Under the pieces are notes generated by a model. The model was not told the origin of the DNA. It made no database searches and was given only the letters and a program-made list of their open reading frames with translations. Shown piece by piece: positions 33,612-43,145 of a stretch of 57,137 nucleotides of DNA. Numbering within the stretch: position 1 is the stretch's first letter; every line of letters starts with the position of its first letter. Position numbers and translations under genes: made by a program. Source of the stretch: Burkholderiales bacterium (lineage in GTDB: Bacteria > Pseudomonadota > Gammaproteobacteria > Burkholderiales > SG8-41); the NCBI GenBank assembly GCA_046313915.1, contig JBKBXX010000005.1, positions 1-57,137 of the forward strand, read 5' to 3'.

Positions 33612-33841
33612 AAATAATTTATAAACAATATGTTATGTAATATTTCTCGTGCGATTCATGAAATGACTGAAACTCTGCTCGCGGTAGGTTCGCCGGCGGA
33701 TTCGCTGTAAAATACGCCGATGCAAAAACGATCGATGCCCGCCGTCGCCCCCTCGCCCTTGGAGTGCGCAATCCCCGCATGCTCCATGTCGTCCGAGGGG
33801 CGGCCACAGGGAAGCGGACGGTTCGAGGCGGGCCGTTGCCG

Positions 33842-34648
33842 ATGACCGAGCCCGCGAGCGCCATACCGGTCGCCAAGGTCTATGGCGAGCCTCTGCTCGA
33901 GGTGCCGCAAGACCTCTATATCCCGCCCGATGCGCTGGAAGTTTTCCTGGAACAGTTCGAAGGTCCGCTCGACCTGCTGCTGTACCTGATCCGCAAGGAA
34001 AACTTCAACGTGCTCGATATTCCGATGGCCAAGCTCACGGTGCAGTATCTCGAATACGTCGAGATGATGCGCTCGAGCCATCTCGAGCTCGCGGCGGAAT
34101 ATCTGCTGATGGCGGCGATGCTGATCGAGATCAAGTCGCGCATGCTGCTGCCGCGGCCGGTGAGCAGCGAGACCGGCGAGGAAGATCCGCGCGCCGAACT
34201 GGTGCGACGCCTGCTCGAATACGAGCAGATGAAGCTCGCAGCGCTGCGGATCAACGAACTGCCCCAGGCCGGACGGGATTTCGCGCTGGTGCAGGTGTTT
34301 TTTGAAAAAACCGCAACGGCGCGGCTGCCGCAAGTCCATGCCGAAGACCTGCGCCAGGCATGGCTGGGATTGCTCGCCCGCGCAACCGTCAATCGCCATC
34401 ACAAGGTGACGCGTGACCAGCTGTCGGTGCGCGAGCACATGAGCAGGATCCTGCGCCGCCTGCAGGACGCGAAATATGTCGAATTCGCCGAACTTTTCGC
34501 GCCCGCCGAAGGCGTCGCCGTGCTGGTGGTGACTTTCCTCGCCGTGCTGGAACTCGCGCGCGAGAGCCTGGTCGAGATCAGCCAGCAGCAGGCTTATACC
34601 CCGATTTATGTGAAATTGCGCGGCGGCCATCTTGCCGCCGTCGAATAG
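33842..34648 (+). CDS. scpA: Segregation and condensation protein A
   Basis: FEGPLDLLLYLI, IEIKSRMLLP, DPRAELVRRL, FLAVLEL. Confidence 0.93.
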   Translation: MTEPASAIPVAKVYGEPLLEVPQDLYIPPDALEVFLEQFEGPLDLLLYLIRKENFNVLDIPMAKLTVQYLEYVEMMRSSHLELAAEYLLMAAMLIEIKSRMLLPRPVSSETGEEDPRAELVRRLLEYEQMKLAALRINELPQAGRDFALVQVFFEKTATARLPQVHAEDLRQAWLGLLARATVNRHHKVTRDQLSVREHMSRILRRLQDAKYVEFAELFAPAEGVAVLVVTFLAVLELARESLVEISQQQAYTPIYVKLRGGHLAAVE

Positions 34649-34660
34649 CCGGAACGGAAA

Positions 34661-35365
34661 ATGGAACAGGAACAGGAAGCATCCGGTCTCGAGCCACAGA
34701 CGCCCGAGCTCGATCTTGCCCAGGTGAAAACGGTGCTGGAAGCGGCTTTGCTGGCGAGCCAGGAACCGTTGAGCCTGGCCGAACTCAAGCGATTGTTCGA
34801 GGAGGAACTGGGCAATGAAACCCTGCGCAAGGTGCTGGAAGAACTGCGCCAGGACTGGCAGGGCAAAGGCGTCGAGCTGGTGAATGTCGCTTCGGGCTGG
34901 CGGTTTCATACGCGCCCCGAATACCAGAAGTTTCTCGAGCGCCTCAATCCGCAGAAGCCGCCGCGCTATTCGCGGGCAGTGCTGGAAACGCTCGCCATCA
35001 TCGCCTACAAGCAGCCGGTGACGCGTGGCGACATCGAAGACATCCGCGGCGTCACGGTATCCGGCAACATTCTCAAGTCACTGGAAGCACGCGGCTGGAT
35101 CGACGTCGTCGGCCATCGCGAAGTGCCGGGCCGGCCCGAGCTGTTTGCCACCACCAAGACTTTTCTCGACGATCTCAATCTGCGTTCCCTGGAAGAACTG
35201 CCGCCGCTGGAAGAATTGGGCACGCTGGTGGAAGCCGGCGCCGCCGAAGAGAGGTTCCCGGAAACCGGTGCCGACGAAGAGCGCGACGAGACAGGGGGGG
35301 CGATGCTGCCGGCAGAAGACGACGCCCCGGCGTTCGAGTCCACGCCGGCACAGCCGGTGCATTAA
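34661..35365 (+). CDS. scpB: Segregation and condensation protein B
   Basis: [35 protein letters not shown]. Confidence 0.94.
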   Translation: MEQEQEASGLEPQTPELDLAQVKTVLEAALLASQEPLSLAELKRLFEEELGNETLRKVLEELRQDWQGKGVELVNVASGWRFHTRPEYQKFLERLNPQKPPRYSRAVLETLAIIAYKQPVTRGDIEDIRGVTVSGNILKSLEARGWIDVVGHREVPGRPELFATTKTFLDDLNLRSLEELPPLEELGTLVEAGAAEERFPETGADEERDETGGAMLPAEDDAPAFESTPAQPVH

Positions 35366-35437
35366 GGCCCGCCGCAGCGGGGCGTGTCCGCGCTCGCCAC
35401 GATCATGCTCGCCTGACCAGGCGGGTCACGGCGGGTT

Positions 35438-36022
35438 CTAAAACAAGTGGAGCGACGCCGGCGCAAAAAAGCCGACCGCGCAGAATACCAGGCCCACGAT
35501 GCCCAGCGCACCGGCCGCCCACGCCAGCCACATCATGCCGGTGATGATGCTCGCGGAGGCGAGCACGATGGCGATCTGGAGCGCCGCTGACGCGATCTCA
35601 TAGTGATGGTAGGCGGCGAGCGCGAGATCCCGTTTCTGCTCTGCGGCCTTGGCGCGGGCGGCGAGTTCCTTGCGGCCTTCCCCGGTTTCGGGCTCGCTGT
35701 CGTAGCGCTCGACGGTTTTGCGCCACGAGGCGATGCGCTGTTCGACCGCTTCCTTGGCCTTGGCATCGGTGCCGACGCGCTTCAGTTCCAGTTCCGCCTG
35801 TTCGGCTGCGGTGCGCAGCGTCGTCATGCGGATGGTTTTCGCCTGGAAGAACGACCACAGATTGGAAGCTTCGATGTTGTAGCTCAAACCGGTGGTCTGC
35901 GCGCTTTTGCCGAGCGTTTCCGAGAATGCCAGCACCAGCGCCAGCAGGGAGATCAGAAGGGCGATTTTCCTGTTTTCCGGGCTGCCGTGCCCGCCCTCGT
36001 GGCCGTGAGCCGCACCTGACAT
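35438..36022 (-). CDS. DUF4337-like membrane protein
   Basis: ASNLWSFFQAK.IR and LQIAIVLAS motifs; TM helices at both ends; AGGAG RBS. Confidence 0.72.
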   Translation of the reverse strand: MSGAAHGHEGGHGSPENRKIALLISLLALVLAFSETLGKSAQTTGLSYNIEASNLWSFFQAKTIRMTTLRTAAEQAELELKRVGTDAKAKEAVEQRIASWRKTVERYDSEPETGEGRKELAARAKAAEQKRDLALAAYHHYEIASAALQIAIVLASASIITGMMWLAWAAGALGIVGLVFCAVGFFAPASLHLF

Positions 36023-36361
36023 ACCGATTCTCCTTTCGGACAAAAGCGACGCAGCGATTCTCGCGGTTTTTTACCCGCGAGAAAAGACCCCCTTGGCGGC
36101 ATCCCGCTCCGGGACATTACTGTGGGCGCTCTGGAGAGAAAGCCGGCGATGCCTTTTTCGCCGTTACCGTTTGTTACGCGGCGGAGAACGAGCGTTACCC
36201 AAACCGCACGAAGTCGCTACATTCGTTCGCCTGTCACCGCCGTATTCTTTGACAAGCGGATCGTTGATTGAAACAGCCGGAGCGCGGCGCGATGGATGAA
36301 TGCCGAAGGATCGCGAATCGTTACTGCTCGTCGCCGCCGTTTTCCGGGAAGGAGCAAAGAC

Positions 36362-36742
36362 ATGAAGAAGCCCAGGATGCCGGCAAAGCCGGAAACGAAG
36401 ACCGCGGCAGCAGAGCCTGCGGCCACGCCGGACGAATACCGTTTCGGCCGCTTGCGCATCGTGCTGCCTTCGCGCGCGGTGTACCTCGGAAACGAAGAGG
36501 TCTTTTTCACGACCACTGATTTCGACTTGCTGTGGTTTCTGGCGAGTCACGCGGGCAAGGTGTTGTCGCGCGAGGACATTCTGGCAGGGTTGGGCGGCAT
36601 CGCCGATGAAAATCCGGGACGGCTGATCGACATGCGCATTTCACGCTTGCGCAGGCGTGTGGGAGACGACACCGAAAACCCGCGGCGCATCAAGACCGTG
36701 CGCGGCAAAGGCTATCTTTTCGATCCCAGCGAAGAAGACTGA
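36362..36742 (+). CDS. Stand-alone OmpR/PhoB-type winged-helix DNA-binding domain (RstA-like), with no receiver domain
   Basis: DFDLLWFLASHAGKVLSRE...ID.RISRLRR...PRRIKTVRGKGYLF; GGAG RBS. Confidence 0.75.
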   Translation: MKKPRMPAKPETKTAAAEPAATPDEYRFGRLRIVLPSRAVYLGNEEVFFTTTDFDLLWFLASHAGKVLSREDILAGLGGIADENPGRLIDMRISRLRRRVGDDTENPRRIKTVRGKGYLFDPSEED

Positions 36743-36821
36743 CCGCAGTCACACCGCGGCGCGTTTCCGGCCGCAATTTCGCCGCTCTAGCGCACCCACG
36801 AACGGTGATCGTGCCCGGGAC

Positions 36822-37112
36822 TTACTTCCGGAAATGCGAAGCCGCCTTGTCGAAGGCTTCGCGCATTTTCGCCCACGCGTCGTCGGCGCCACGCACGAGG
36901 TCGAGCCACGCCTCGCCGCTCGCCGCCTGGATTTTGCGCATCTGTTCGAGTGCGCGGTCGCGCTGGCTGCGGAAGGCCTCGAGCTGTTTCTCGTACTCGA
37001 TGCGCATGTCGGCCTGCGCCTCCCGCGTCTTCGCTTCCCACTTCGCGACTTCGGCGTTCCACTGGTCGAGCTGCGCCTTGAGTTTTTCGAGATATTCGTC
37101 GCGCTTGTTCAT
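36822..37112 (-). CDS. Small coiled-coil hypothetical protein (96 aa)
   Basis: MNKRDEYLEKLKAQLDQWNAE...ASGEAW..L..G...AW; ATGA overlap with the nadA stop; GGAGG RBS. Confidence 0.78.
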   Translation of the reverse strand: MNKRDEYLEKLKAQLDQWNAEVAKWEAKTREAQADMRIEYEKQLEAFRSQRDRALEQMRKIQAASGEAWLDLVRGADDAWAKMREAFDKAASHFRK

Positions 37113-38179
37113 CTGGCCTCCTTGGTTGCGGTTGACGGCGCCGCTGCGTTCGGCTTGCGCCGGGCGAGCAGCGCCCGGCCTTGCTGCTCGAGCTCGAACA
37201 TGCGCTCGAGACTGGCGCGCGCGCGTTTCGCCGTTGCGGGCGGGATTTCGACGATTTGCTGCGGCGTGGGCGCCTTGAGCACCTGCAGCACGTCTTCGAG
37301 CTTGATTTCCTTCATGTAAGGGCACAGGATGCAGGTGCCGACGATTTCCTTGTCCGGGAATTCGGCCTTGAGGCGGTCGGAAAGACCGCATTCGGTTACC
37401 AGCATGAAGGTTTTTGCGTCCGACTTGGCCACGTAATTGAGCATGCCCGCGGTGCCGCCGGCATAATCGACCAGCGCGACCACGCCGGGCGTGCATTCGG
37501 GGTGTGCGAGGATTTTTACGCCAGGGAAGCGGCGCCGGATGTCCTCCACGCTCGCGGCATTGAAGCTTTCGTGCACCACGCAAGTGCCTTCCCAGGTGAT
37601 GATTTTCTTGGAAGTCGCATTGCGCAGATTTTGTCCCATCAGCTTGTCGGGAATGAAAATGATTTCTTCATTGGGCATGGCCTCGATGACTTCGAGCGCG
37701 TTGGACGAGGTGCAGCAGGCGTCGCTTTCGGCCTTGACCCCGGCATAGGTATTGACGTAACAGACGATCCCTGCCCGCGGGTATTGCTGGCGCAGGGCGC
37801 GCACCTGCCCGGCAGTGATCGCATCGGCCAGCGAGCAGCCGGCCACCCGCGGCACCAGGACCTCCTTGTCCGGGTTGAGCAGCTTGGCCGTCTCGCCCAT
37901 GAAGTACACCGAGCAGAAAACGATTTTCCGCGCCGGATGCTCGACTGCCTTGCGGCTCAACGCATAGGAGTCACCGATGTAATCGCCGACGCCGTACATG
38001 ATGTCCGGCGTCTGATAGGAATGCGCAAGGATGACCGCGTTCTGCTCATGCTTGAGACGATTGATCTCCAGCGTGGTCGGCGCAATCGCCTCGCAATCCT
38101 CGCGCGCCCAGCCGAGGCGGTGCAGTTTTTCGTAAAGCCTCGCCGTTTCAGCGGCGAATTCGCCGGCAGAGAAATTCAT
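37109..38179 (-). CDS. nadA: Quinolinate synthase A
   Basis: ILAHSYQ, GDS, AGCSLA, YVNT, CCTSSNA, G.CVVH, AHPEC, CPYMK (three Fe-S Cys). Confidence 0.92.
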   Translation of the reverse strand: MNFSAGEFAAETARLYEKLHRLGWAREDCEAIAPTTLEINRLKHEQNAVILAHSYQTPDIMYGVGDYIGDSYALSRKAVEHPARKIVFCSVYFMGETAKLLNPDKEVLVPRVAGCSLADAITAGQVRALRQQYPRAGIVCYVNTYAGVKAESDACCTSSNALEVIEAMPNEEIIFIPDKLMGQNLRNATSKKIITWEGTCVVHESFNAASVEDIRRRFPGVKILAHPECTPGVVALVDYAGGTAGMLNYVAKSDAKTFMLVTECGLSDRLKAEFPDKEIVGTCILCPYMKEIKLEDVLQVLKAPTPQQIVEIPPATAKRARASLERMFELEQQGRALLARRKPNAAAPSTATKEAR

Positions 38180-38288
38180 GGATACGGCCTCCGTTTTCCA
38201 ACAATGGATTAGACAACGGAACTGCGCCGGGATTGCGATATAAAATCTGTTATAAAACAGTATATTGAATCATCGTCCTGTTGCGGGA

Positions 38289-39944
38289 TCAGTAGCGCGG
38301 ATCGAACATCTGGGCCTGTACGTCGTCCAGCACGTCCTGCGGTTTGGGCTTGCCGGCGAGACCCAGCTTATAGGCGGTGTCGGCGATTGCTGCCGCGATG
38401 TTCGCCGAAACCTCGCGTATGCGCGGCAGTGCGGGGTAGAGGCTGCCCTGTTCGAGGTCGGATTCCGTGACCTGGTGTGCGAGCGTGTGCGCGGCCGCCA
38501 TGAACATGTCATCGGCAATGCAGCGCGCGCGGCTCGCGATGGCGCCCAGGCCCACGCCGGGGAAAATATAGGAGTTGTTGCCCTGCCGCGGCACGTAGGT
38601 TTTTCCGTCCAGCGCGACCGGGTCGAACGGGCTGCCGCAGGCGAACAACGCCCGGCCGCGGGTCCAGCGATACGCCTGTTCGGCGGTGCATTCGGCCTGG
38701 GAAGTGGGATTGGACAGCGCAAACACGATCGGCCGCTCGTTGATGCGCGCCATGGCTTCCAGCACTTCGCGGGTGAAGGTGCCGCCGACAGCGGAAACGC
38801 CGATGATGGTCGTGGGCTGGAGTGTGCTGACCGCGGACAGGAAATCGCCGACCGGCGCATGCTCGTGCGCGTACGGGATTTTATGCTCGGCAAGATTTTC
38901 CCGGCCCTTGACCACCAGTCCGCGCGAATCGAACAGCCAGCAGCGGCCGCGCGCCTGCTGTTTGCTGAGGCCCTGGGCCATCATTGCCGACACCAGCAGA
39001 TCGGCGATGCCGGTGGCGGCCTCGCCGGCGCCCATGAAGAGGATTTTCTGGTCGGCGAGCTTGCCGCCGGTGACGCGCAGCGCCGAGAACATGCCCGCGA
39101 GCGCCACCGCTGCGGTGCCCTGGATATCGTCGTTGAAAGTGCAGATGCGGTTACGGTACTTGTGCAGCAGGCGAAAGGCATTGTGGTTGGCGAAATCCTC
39201 GAACTGGACCACCACGCCAGGAAAGACCTGCTGCGTCGCCGTGATGAATTCCTCCATCAGATCGTCGTAGGCGGCGCCGGTGATGCGGCGCTGTCGCAGC
39301 CCGACGTAGTACGGATCGTTGCGCAGTTTTTCGTTGTTGGTGCCGACATCGAGGGTGATGGGCAGGCATAAGCGAGGGTGGATTCCCGCGCACGCCGTGT
39401 AGAGCGAAAGTTTGCCGACCGGAATGCCCATGCCGTTGGCGCCGAGATCGCCCAGACCGAGGATGCGCTCGCCATCGGTGACCACGATGATGCCGGCAGG
39501 GTAGGGCCAGTTGCGCAGGATCTGGGCGATACGGCCGCGGTCGTTGGCGGAAATGAACAATCCGCGTGGACGCTGGAAAATGTGGCCGAAGTTCTGGCAT
39601 GCGAGACCCACCGTCGGCGTGTAGACGAGCGGCTGCATTTCGTCGATGTTGTCGCACAGCACGCGGAAGAACAGCATTTCGTTGCGGTCGTGCAGCGCGT
39701 TGAGCGCCACGAACTTGTCGAGCGGATCGGACAGCTTGCGCAGATTCTGCAGGATGCGCTCGGCCTGCTGTGCCTGGGTGCTCACATACGGTGGCAGGAA
39801 TCCCCGCAGACCCAGCGCATCACGCTCTTCTTCGGTGAAAGCCGTGCCTTTGTTGAGCAGCGGGTCGCGCAGCACGTCGAGGCCGCGCTTGGGGGTAGTC
39901 GGATCGTCGATGGCGGTCTTGCTCGGGGTTGTTCCAGAACTCAT
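38289..39944 (-). CDS. maeA: NAD(P)-dependent malic enzyme (large MaeA/SfcA type)
   Basis: NKGTAF, VYTPTVG, VTDGERILGLGDLG, QFEDF, FNDDIQGT, GAGEA, LSNPT. Confidence 0.92.
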   Translation of the reverse strand: MSSGTTPSKTAIDDPTTPKRGLDVLRDPLLNKGTAFTEEERDALGLRGFLPPYVSTQAQQAERILQNLRKLSDPLDKFVALNALHDRNEMLFFRVLCDNIDEMQPLVYTPTVGLACQNFGHIFQRPRGLFISANDRGRIAQILRNWPYPAGIIVVTDGERILGLGDLGANGMGIPVGKLSLYTACAGIHPRLCLPITLDVGTNNEKLRNDPYYVGLRQRRITGAAYDDLMEEFITATQQVFPGVVVQFEDFANHNAFRLLHKYRNRICTFNDDIQGTAAVALAGMFSALRVTGGKLADQKILFMGAGEAATGIADLLVSAMMAQGLSKQQARGRCWLFDSRGLVVKGRENLAEHKIPYAHEHAPVGDFLSAVSTLQPTTIIGVSAVGGTFTREVLEAMARINERPIVFALSNPTSQAECTAEQAYRWTRGRALFACGSPFDPVALDGKTYVPRQGNNSYIFPGVGLGAIASRARCIADDMFMAAAHTLAHQVTESDLEQGSLYPALPRIREVSANIAAAIADTAYKLGLAGKPKPQDVLDDVQAQMFDPRY

Positions 39945-40369
39945 TGTTTCTCCTGAGGTTTTTGATTCCCTTTGGCTGCGGCCTTGCCTCGGTCCAGCGT
40001 TTCGGCGAAAGCCCTGAAGATATCGGTTTCGGTGATGATGCCGACCACGTTTTTTGCCTTGCCGACTACAGGCAGTCCGCCAGCCCTGTTGCTGGCCATC
40101 AGCATCGCGGCTTCGGCGATCGGCATCTCTGGAGTCGCAGTCATCACTTCCCGGTGCATGACTTCGCCGACTTCGACCGCCGATTGCAGATAATGCGCTG
40201 CTGCCAGCAACAGGTCACGCTCGGCGACCACGCCGACCAGGGTGCCGCGACTGTCGAGTACCGGCAGATGATGCATCGCGTGTTTCTGCATCAATGCGAG
40301 GGCACTCTTGTAATCTGTGTCGTTGCGGATGGTCACCGGTTTTTTGCTCATGCGATCGCGTACCAGCAT
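39941..40369 (-). CDS. Tandem CBS-domain protein (AcuB-like)
   Basis: MLVRDRM...HHLPV...VGVVAERD and GLPVV...VGIITETDIF; ATGA overlap with the malic enzyme start. Confidence 0.88.
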   Translation of the reverse strand: MLVRDRMSKKPVTIRNDTDYKSALALMQKHAMHHLPVLDSRGTLVGVVAERDLLLAAAHYLQSAVEVGEVMHREVMTATPEMPIAEAAMLMASNRAGGLPVVGKAKNVVGIITETDIFRAFAETLDRGKAAAKGNQKPQEKQ

Positions 40370-40560
40370 GATCGGACTCCTTTTCGGACCGTGCGCAGAT
40401 CGTCGCTGCAGTGCACAATGCGGCTGCACCGGGCAACACTATTTCAGGAACAGTTGCAGCCTTCCGTCAGACCGACTCTCGAAAAGAATAGGATCTTGCG
40501 ACAGCGCGAACTTTGACATAGCGCAAGAAATATGTGACCTGTATCCAGGGATGCACGGGG

Positions 40561-41433
40561 TTATCGCTTGAGCATCCGGCTGCCGTAGAGGCCGGTGGGT
40601 TTGACCAGCAAAATCAGCAGCATGATGGCAAATGGCGCCATTTGCGCGAGCGGCGCATAGACCAGCGAACCCAGCGACACCACCTGCCCCACGATGAAAG
40701 CGGAAACGAGGGTGCCTTTGATGCTGCCCAGGCCGCCGATGATGACGACCATGAATACGAAAGCGAGCACTTCGAGCCCCATCTGGGGATCGACCATGAT
40801 CAGCGGCGCGTGCAGGCCACCGGCCAGTCCGGAAAGCGTGCCGGCAATGATGAAAGTGATGGTGAACAGCCGCGATACATTGATGCCGAGACCTTCTACA
40901 TGTTCGACGTCCTCGATTCCGGCGCGGATCGCCTTGCCGATGATGGTGCGGTTGAGGAACAGCCAGATGCCGGCATAGACGAGCAGGGCGATGCCGATGA
41001 CGATCAAGCGGTAGACCGGAACGTCGGTGCCGGCGATGCCGATCTGGGCCAGCGTCGGCACCGGAACCGGCCGCGGCACCACGCCCCAGAAGAACTTGAT
41101 GACGCCGATGCCGCCGATCAGGATGCCGAAAGACGTGATCATGCTGAAAGTGAGCTCGCGTTCGTAGATGCGCCTGAAAATCAGTCGCTCGACGGCGAAA
41201 CTGACGACGCCCGAGACGACCACGCCGCCCGCCACGCCGAGCCAGATGCTGCCGCTCGCCAGGCTCAGAGAGTAGGTAAGGTAGGCGCCGACCGAATAAT
41301 AAAGCAGCTGATCGAGGCTGATGATGCGCATCAGGCCGAAGCACAGCGACAGGCCGATCGCCATCAGGAAAAAAATGCTGCCGATGCTGAGGCCGAAAAT
41401 GACGCCGGAGACGAGCAGTTGCGGATCCATCAT
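40561..41433 (-). CDS. HAAT (branched-chain amino acid type) ABC permease, LivH-like
   Basis: GLSLCFGLMRII, GKAIRA, VIIGGLGSIKG. Confidence 0.88.
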   Translation of the reverse strand: MMDPQLLVSGVIFGLSIGSIFFLMAIGLSLCFGLMRIISLDQLLYYSVGAYLTYSLSLASGSIWLGVAGGVVVSGVVSFAVERLIFRRIYERELTFSMITSFGILIGGIGVIKFFWGVVPRPVPVPTLAQIGIAGTDVPVYRLIVIGIALLVYAGIWLFLNRTIIGKAIRAGIEDVEHVEGLGINVSRLFTITFIIAGTLSGLAGGLHAPLIMVDPQMGLEVLAFVFMVVIIGGLGSIKGTLVSAFIVGQVVSLGSLVYAPLAQMAPFAIMLLILLVKPTGLYGSRMLKR

Positions 41434-42416
41434 CGACGCGTTTTCCCGTTGCCATCGGTCGCGCTGGCGGAGCGCGAGAAAAGCTTTTCCAGGCGGGGCT
41501 GCAGCGTGCCCCAGATGCCTTTTTCGCCGGCGAGCATGATGAACACCAGCAGAAAGCCGATGAAAAGCTCCCAGTTGCCAATCAGCTTGCTGATCACGTC
41601 CTTCATTCCGGTATAGGCAATTGCGCCGATCAGCGGGCCGTAGAGCGTGCCGGTGCCGCCAAGTATGGTGACCACCACCGGATCGGCGGCACGTGCCGGG
41701 CTGGTGATTTCCGGACTCACGAATCCCAAGTAGATCGCGTACATCGCTCCGGCCAGCGCGGTGGTGGTGTTGGCAATGATGAACGCGAGCAGCCGCACGC
41801 TGTAGTTGCTGTAACCCAGGAATTCCAGCTTGTCTTCATTGATCTTGGTTGCGAGACAGCAGGCGCCATAGATCGTGTCGTCGAGGTATTTGTAGAATGC
41901 CCACACCGCCAGCGCGACCAGCAGCGCGAAAATGAAGAACCGGTCGGGTCGCGTGAGGTCGAGCACGGGGGTTGCGGCGATATTGGTGAGGAACCACAAG
42001 CCGTTGTCGCCTTTGGTGATGTCGGCCAGCACTTTCTGCATGAGATAGTAGATGATTACCGCCAGGGCCAGATTGACCAGGGCGAAATAATCGCTGCGCA
42101 GCCGGACGAACAGCGGACCGACGACGGCCGAGACGACGAAACCGGAAAGCACGCCGAGCAGCAGGCCGAGATAGGGATTGGTGCCGAAATAAAACAGATA
42201 GAATGCGGTGCCATAGGCGCCCACCGCCAGATAGGCCGGCTGGCCGAAGGAGATGAAGCCGACTCGCCCCAGCAGGAAGCTGCAGCCGATGGTATAGATC
42301 GAGAAAATGAGCACTTCGATGATGAAAGGCAGCGGCAGAAACAGGCGCGACAGCGCCAGCAGCGAAAATGCCAGCAGGATGCCTCCCCACCATCGCAACA
42401 TGTTGTTCATTGCCAT
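41430..42416 (-). CDS. HAAT ABC permease, LivM-like
   Basis: GFISFGQ.AY, RLRSDYFAL, ILGGTGTLYGPLIGA. Confidence 0.88.
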   Translation of the reverse strand: MAMNNMLRWWGGILLAFSLLALSRLFLPLPFIIEVLIFSIYTIGCSFLLGRVGFISFGQPAYLAVGAYGTAFYLFYFGTNPYLGLLLGVLSGFVVSAVVGPLFVRLRSDYFALVNLALAVIIYYLMQKVLADITKGDNGLWFLTNIAATPVLDLTRPDRFFIFALLVALAVWAFYKYLDDTIYGACCLATKINEDKLEFLGYSNYSVRLLAFIIANTTTALAGAMYAIYLGFVSPEITSPARAADPVVVTILGGTGTLYGPLIGAIAYTGMKDVISKLIGNWELFIGFLLVFIMLAGEKGIWGTLQPRLEKLFSRSASATDGNGKTRR

Positions 42417-42428
42417 GTCTCGCGGTTG

Positions 42429-43145
42429 CTACAAATATTGTTCGCAGGCATCGGGCCTGATCGATTCCCGGTCTGCGAGCTCCGCCACGATGCGCCCTTC
42501 CTTGATGGCGTAGACCTTGCTCGCGATCGCGCAAACCAGCGGCAGGTTCTGCTCGACGATGACGAGCGCCGTATTCCTGCTGAGCTCGTCGAAGACGTTT
42601 TTCAGGTGCGAGACCACACTGGGCGCGAGGCCCTCGGTCGGCTCGTCGATCAGCAGCACCTTCGGACTGCCGAGTATGGCCCTGCCTATCATCAGCATCT
42701 GGCGCTCGCCGCCGCTCAGATAGCCTGCCTTGCGGTCCATGAGCTGCTTCAATTTCGGGAAATAAGCGGTGACCGGCCCCCAGTCGTAGTCCCTGGTGGC
42801 ATAGCTGGCGAGCTCGAGATTTTCCCTGACGGTCAGGTCGGAAAATACCTTTTTGTCCTGTGGCACGTACTTGATGCCCATTTTCGCGATGTCGTAAGGC
42901 ATGCGGCCGATCAGACTGGTTGAGCCGCACGCGATCGATCCCGCCAGCGGCTTCAGGAAGCCGGCGATGCTTTTCAGCAAAGTGGTTTTGCCGGCGCCGT
43001 TGCGTCCGACGCAGGCAACGATCTGCTTCGGTTTCACGCCGAGGCCGATATCGAACAGGACTTTCGACTCGCCGTAGGAAACGGTCAGGCCCGAGACGGT
43101 CAGTAGTTCGCCGCCGGCCGCTGCGCTGCTGCCATCAACCGTCAT
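42429..43145 (-). CDS. HAAT ABC ATPase, LivF-like
   Basis: GRNGAGKTT, LSGGERQML, DEPTEGLAP, VEQN. Confidence 0.9.
   Translation of the reverse strand: MTVDGSSAAAGGELLTVSGLTVSYGESKVLFDIGLGVKPKQIVACVGRNGAGKTTLLKSIAGFLKPLAGSIACGSTSLIGRMPYDIAKMGIKYVPQDKKVFSDLTVRENLELASYATRDYDWGPVTAYFPKLKQLMDRKAGYLSGGERQMLMIGRAILGSPKVLLIDEPTEGLAPSVVSHLKNVFDELSRNTALVIVEQNLPLVCAIASKVYAIKEGRIVAELADRESIRPDACEQYL

Noticed and set aside
40513-40526. TTGAC-ATAG-CGCAA as an FNR box upstream of the CBS gene
   Set aside because: Three mismatches to the consensus; too weak to call.
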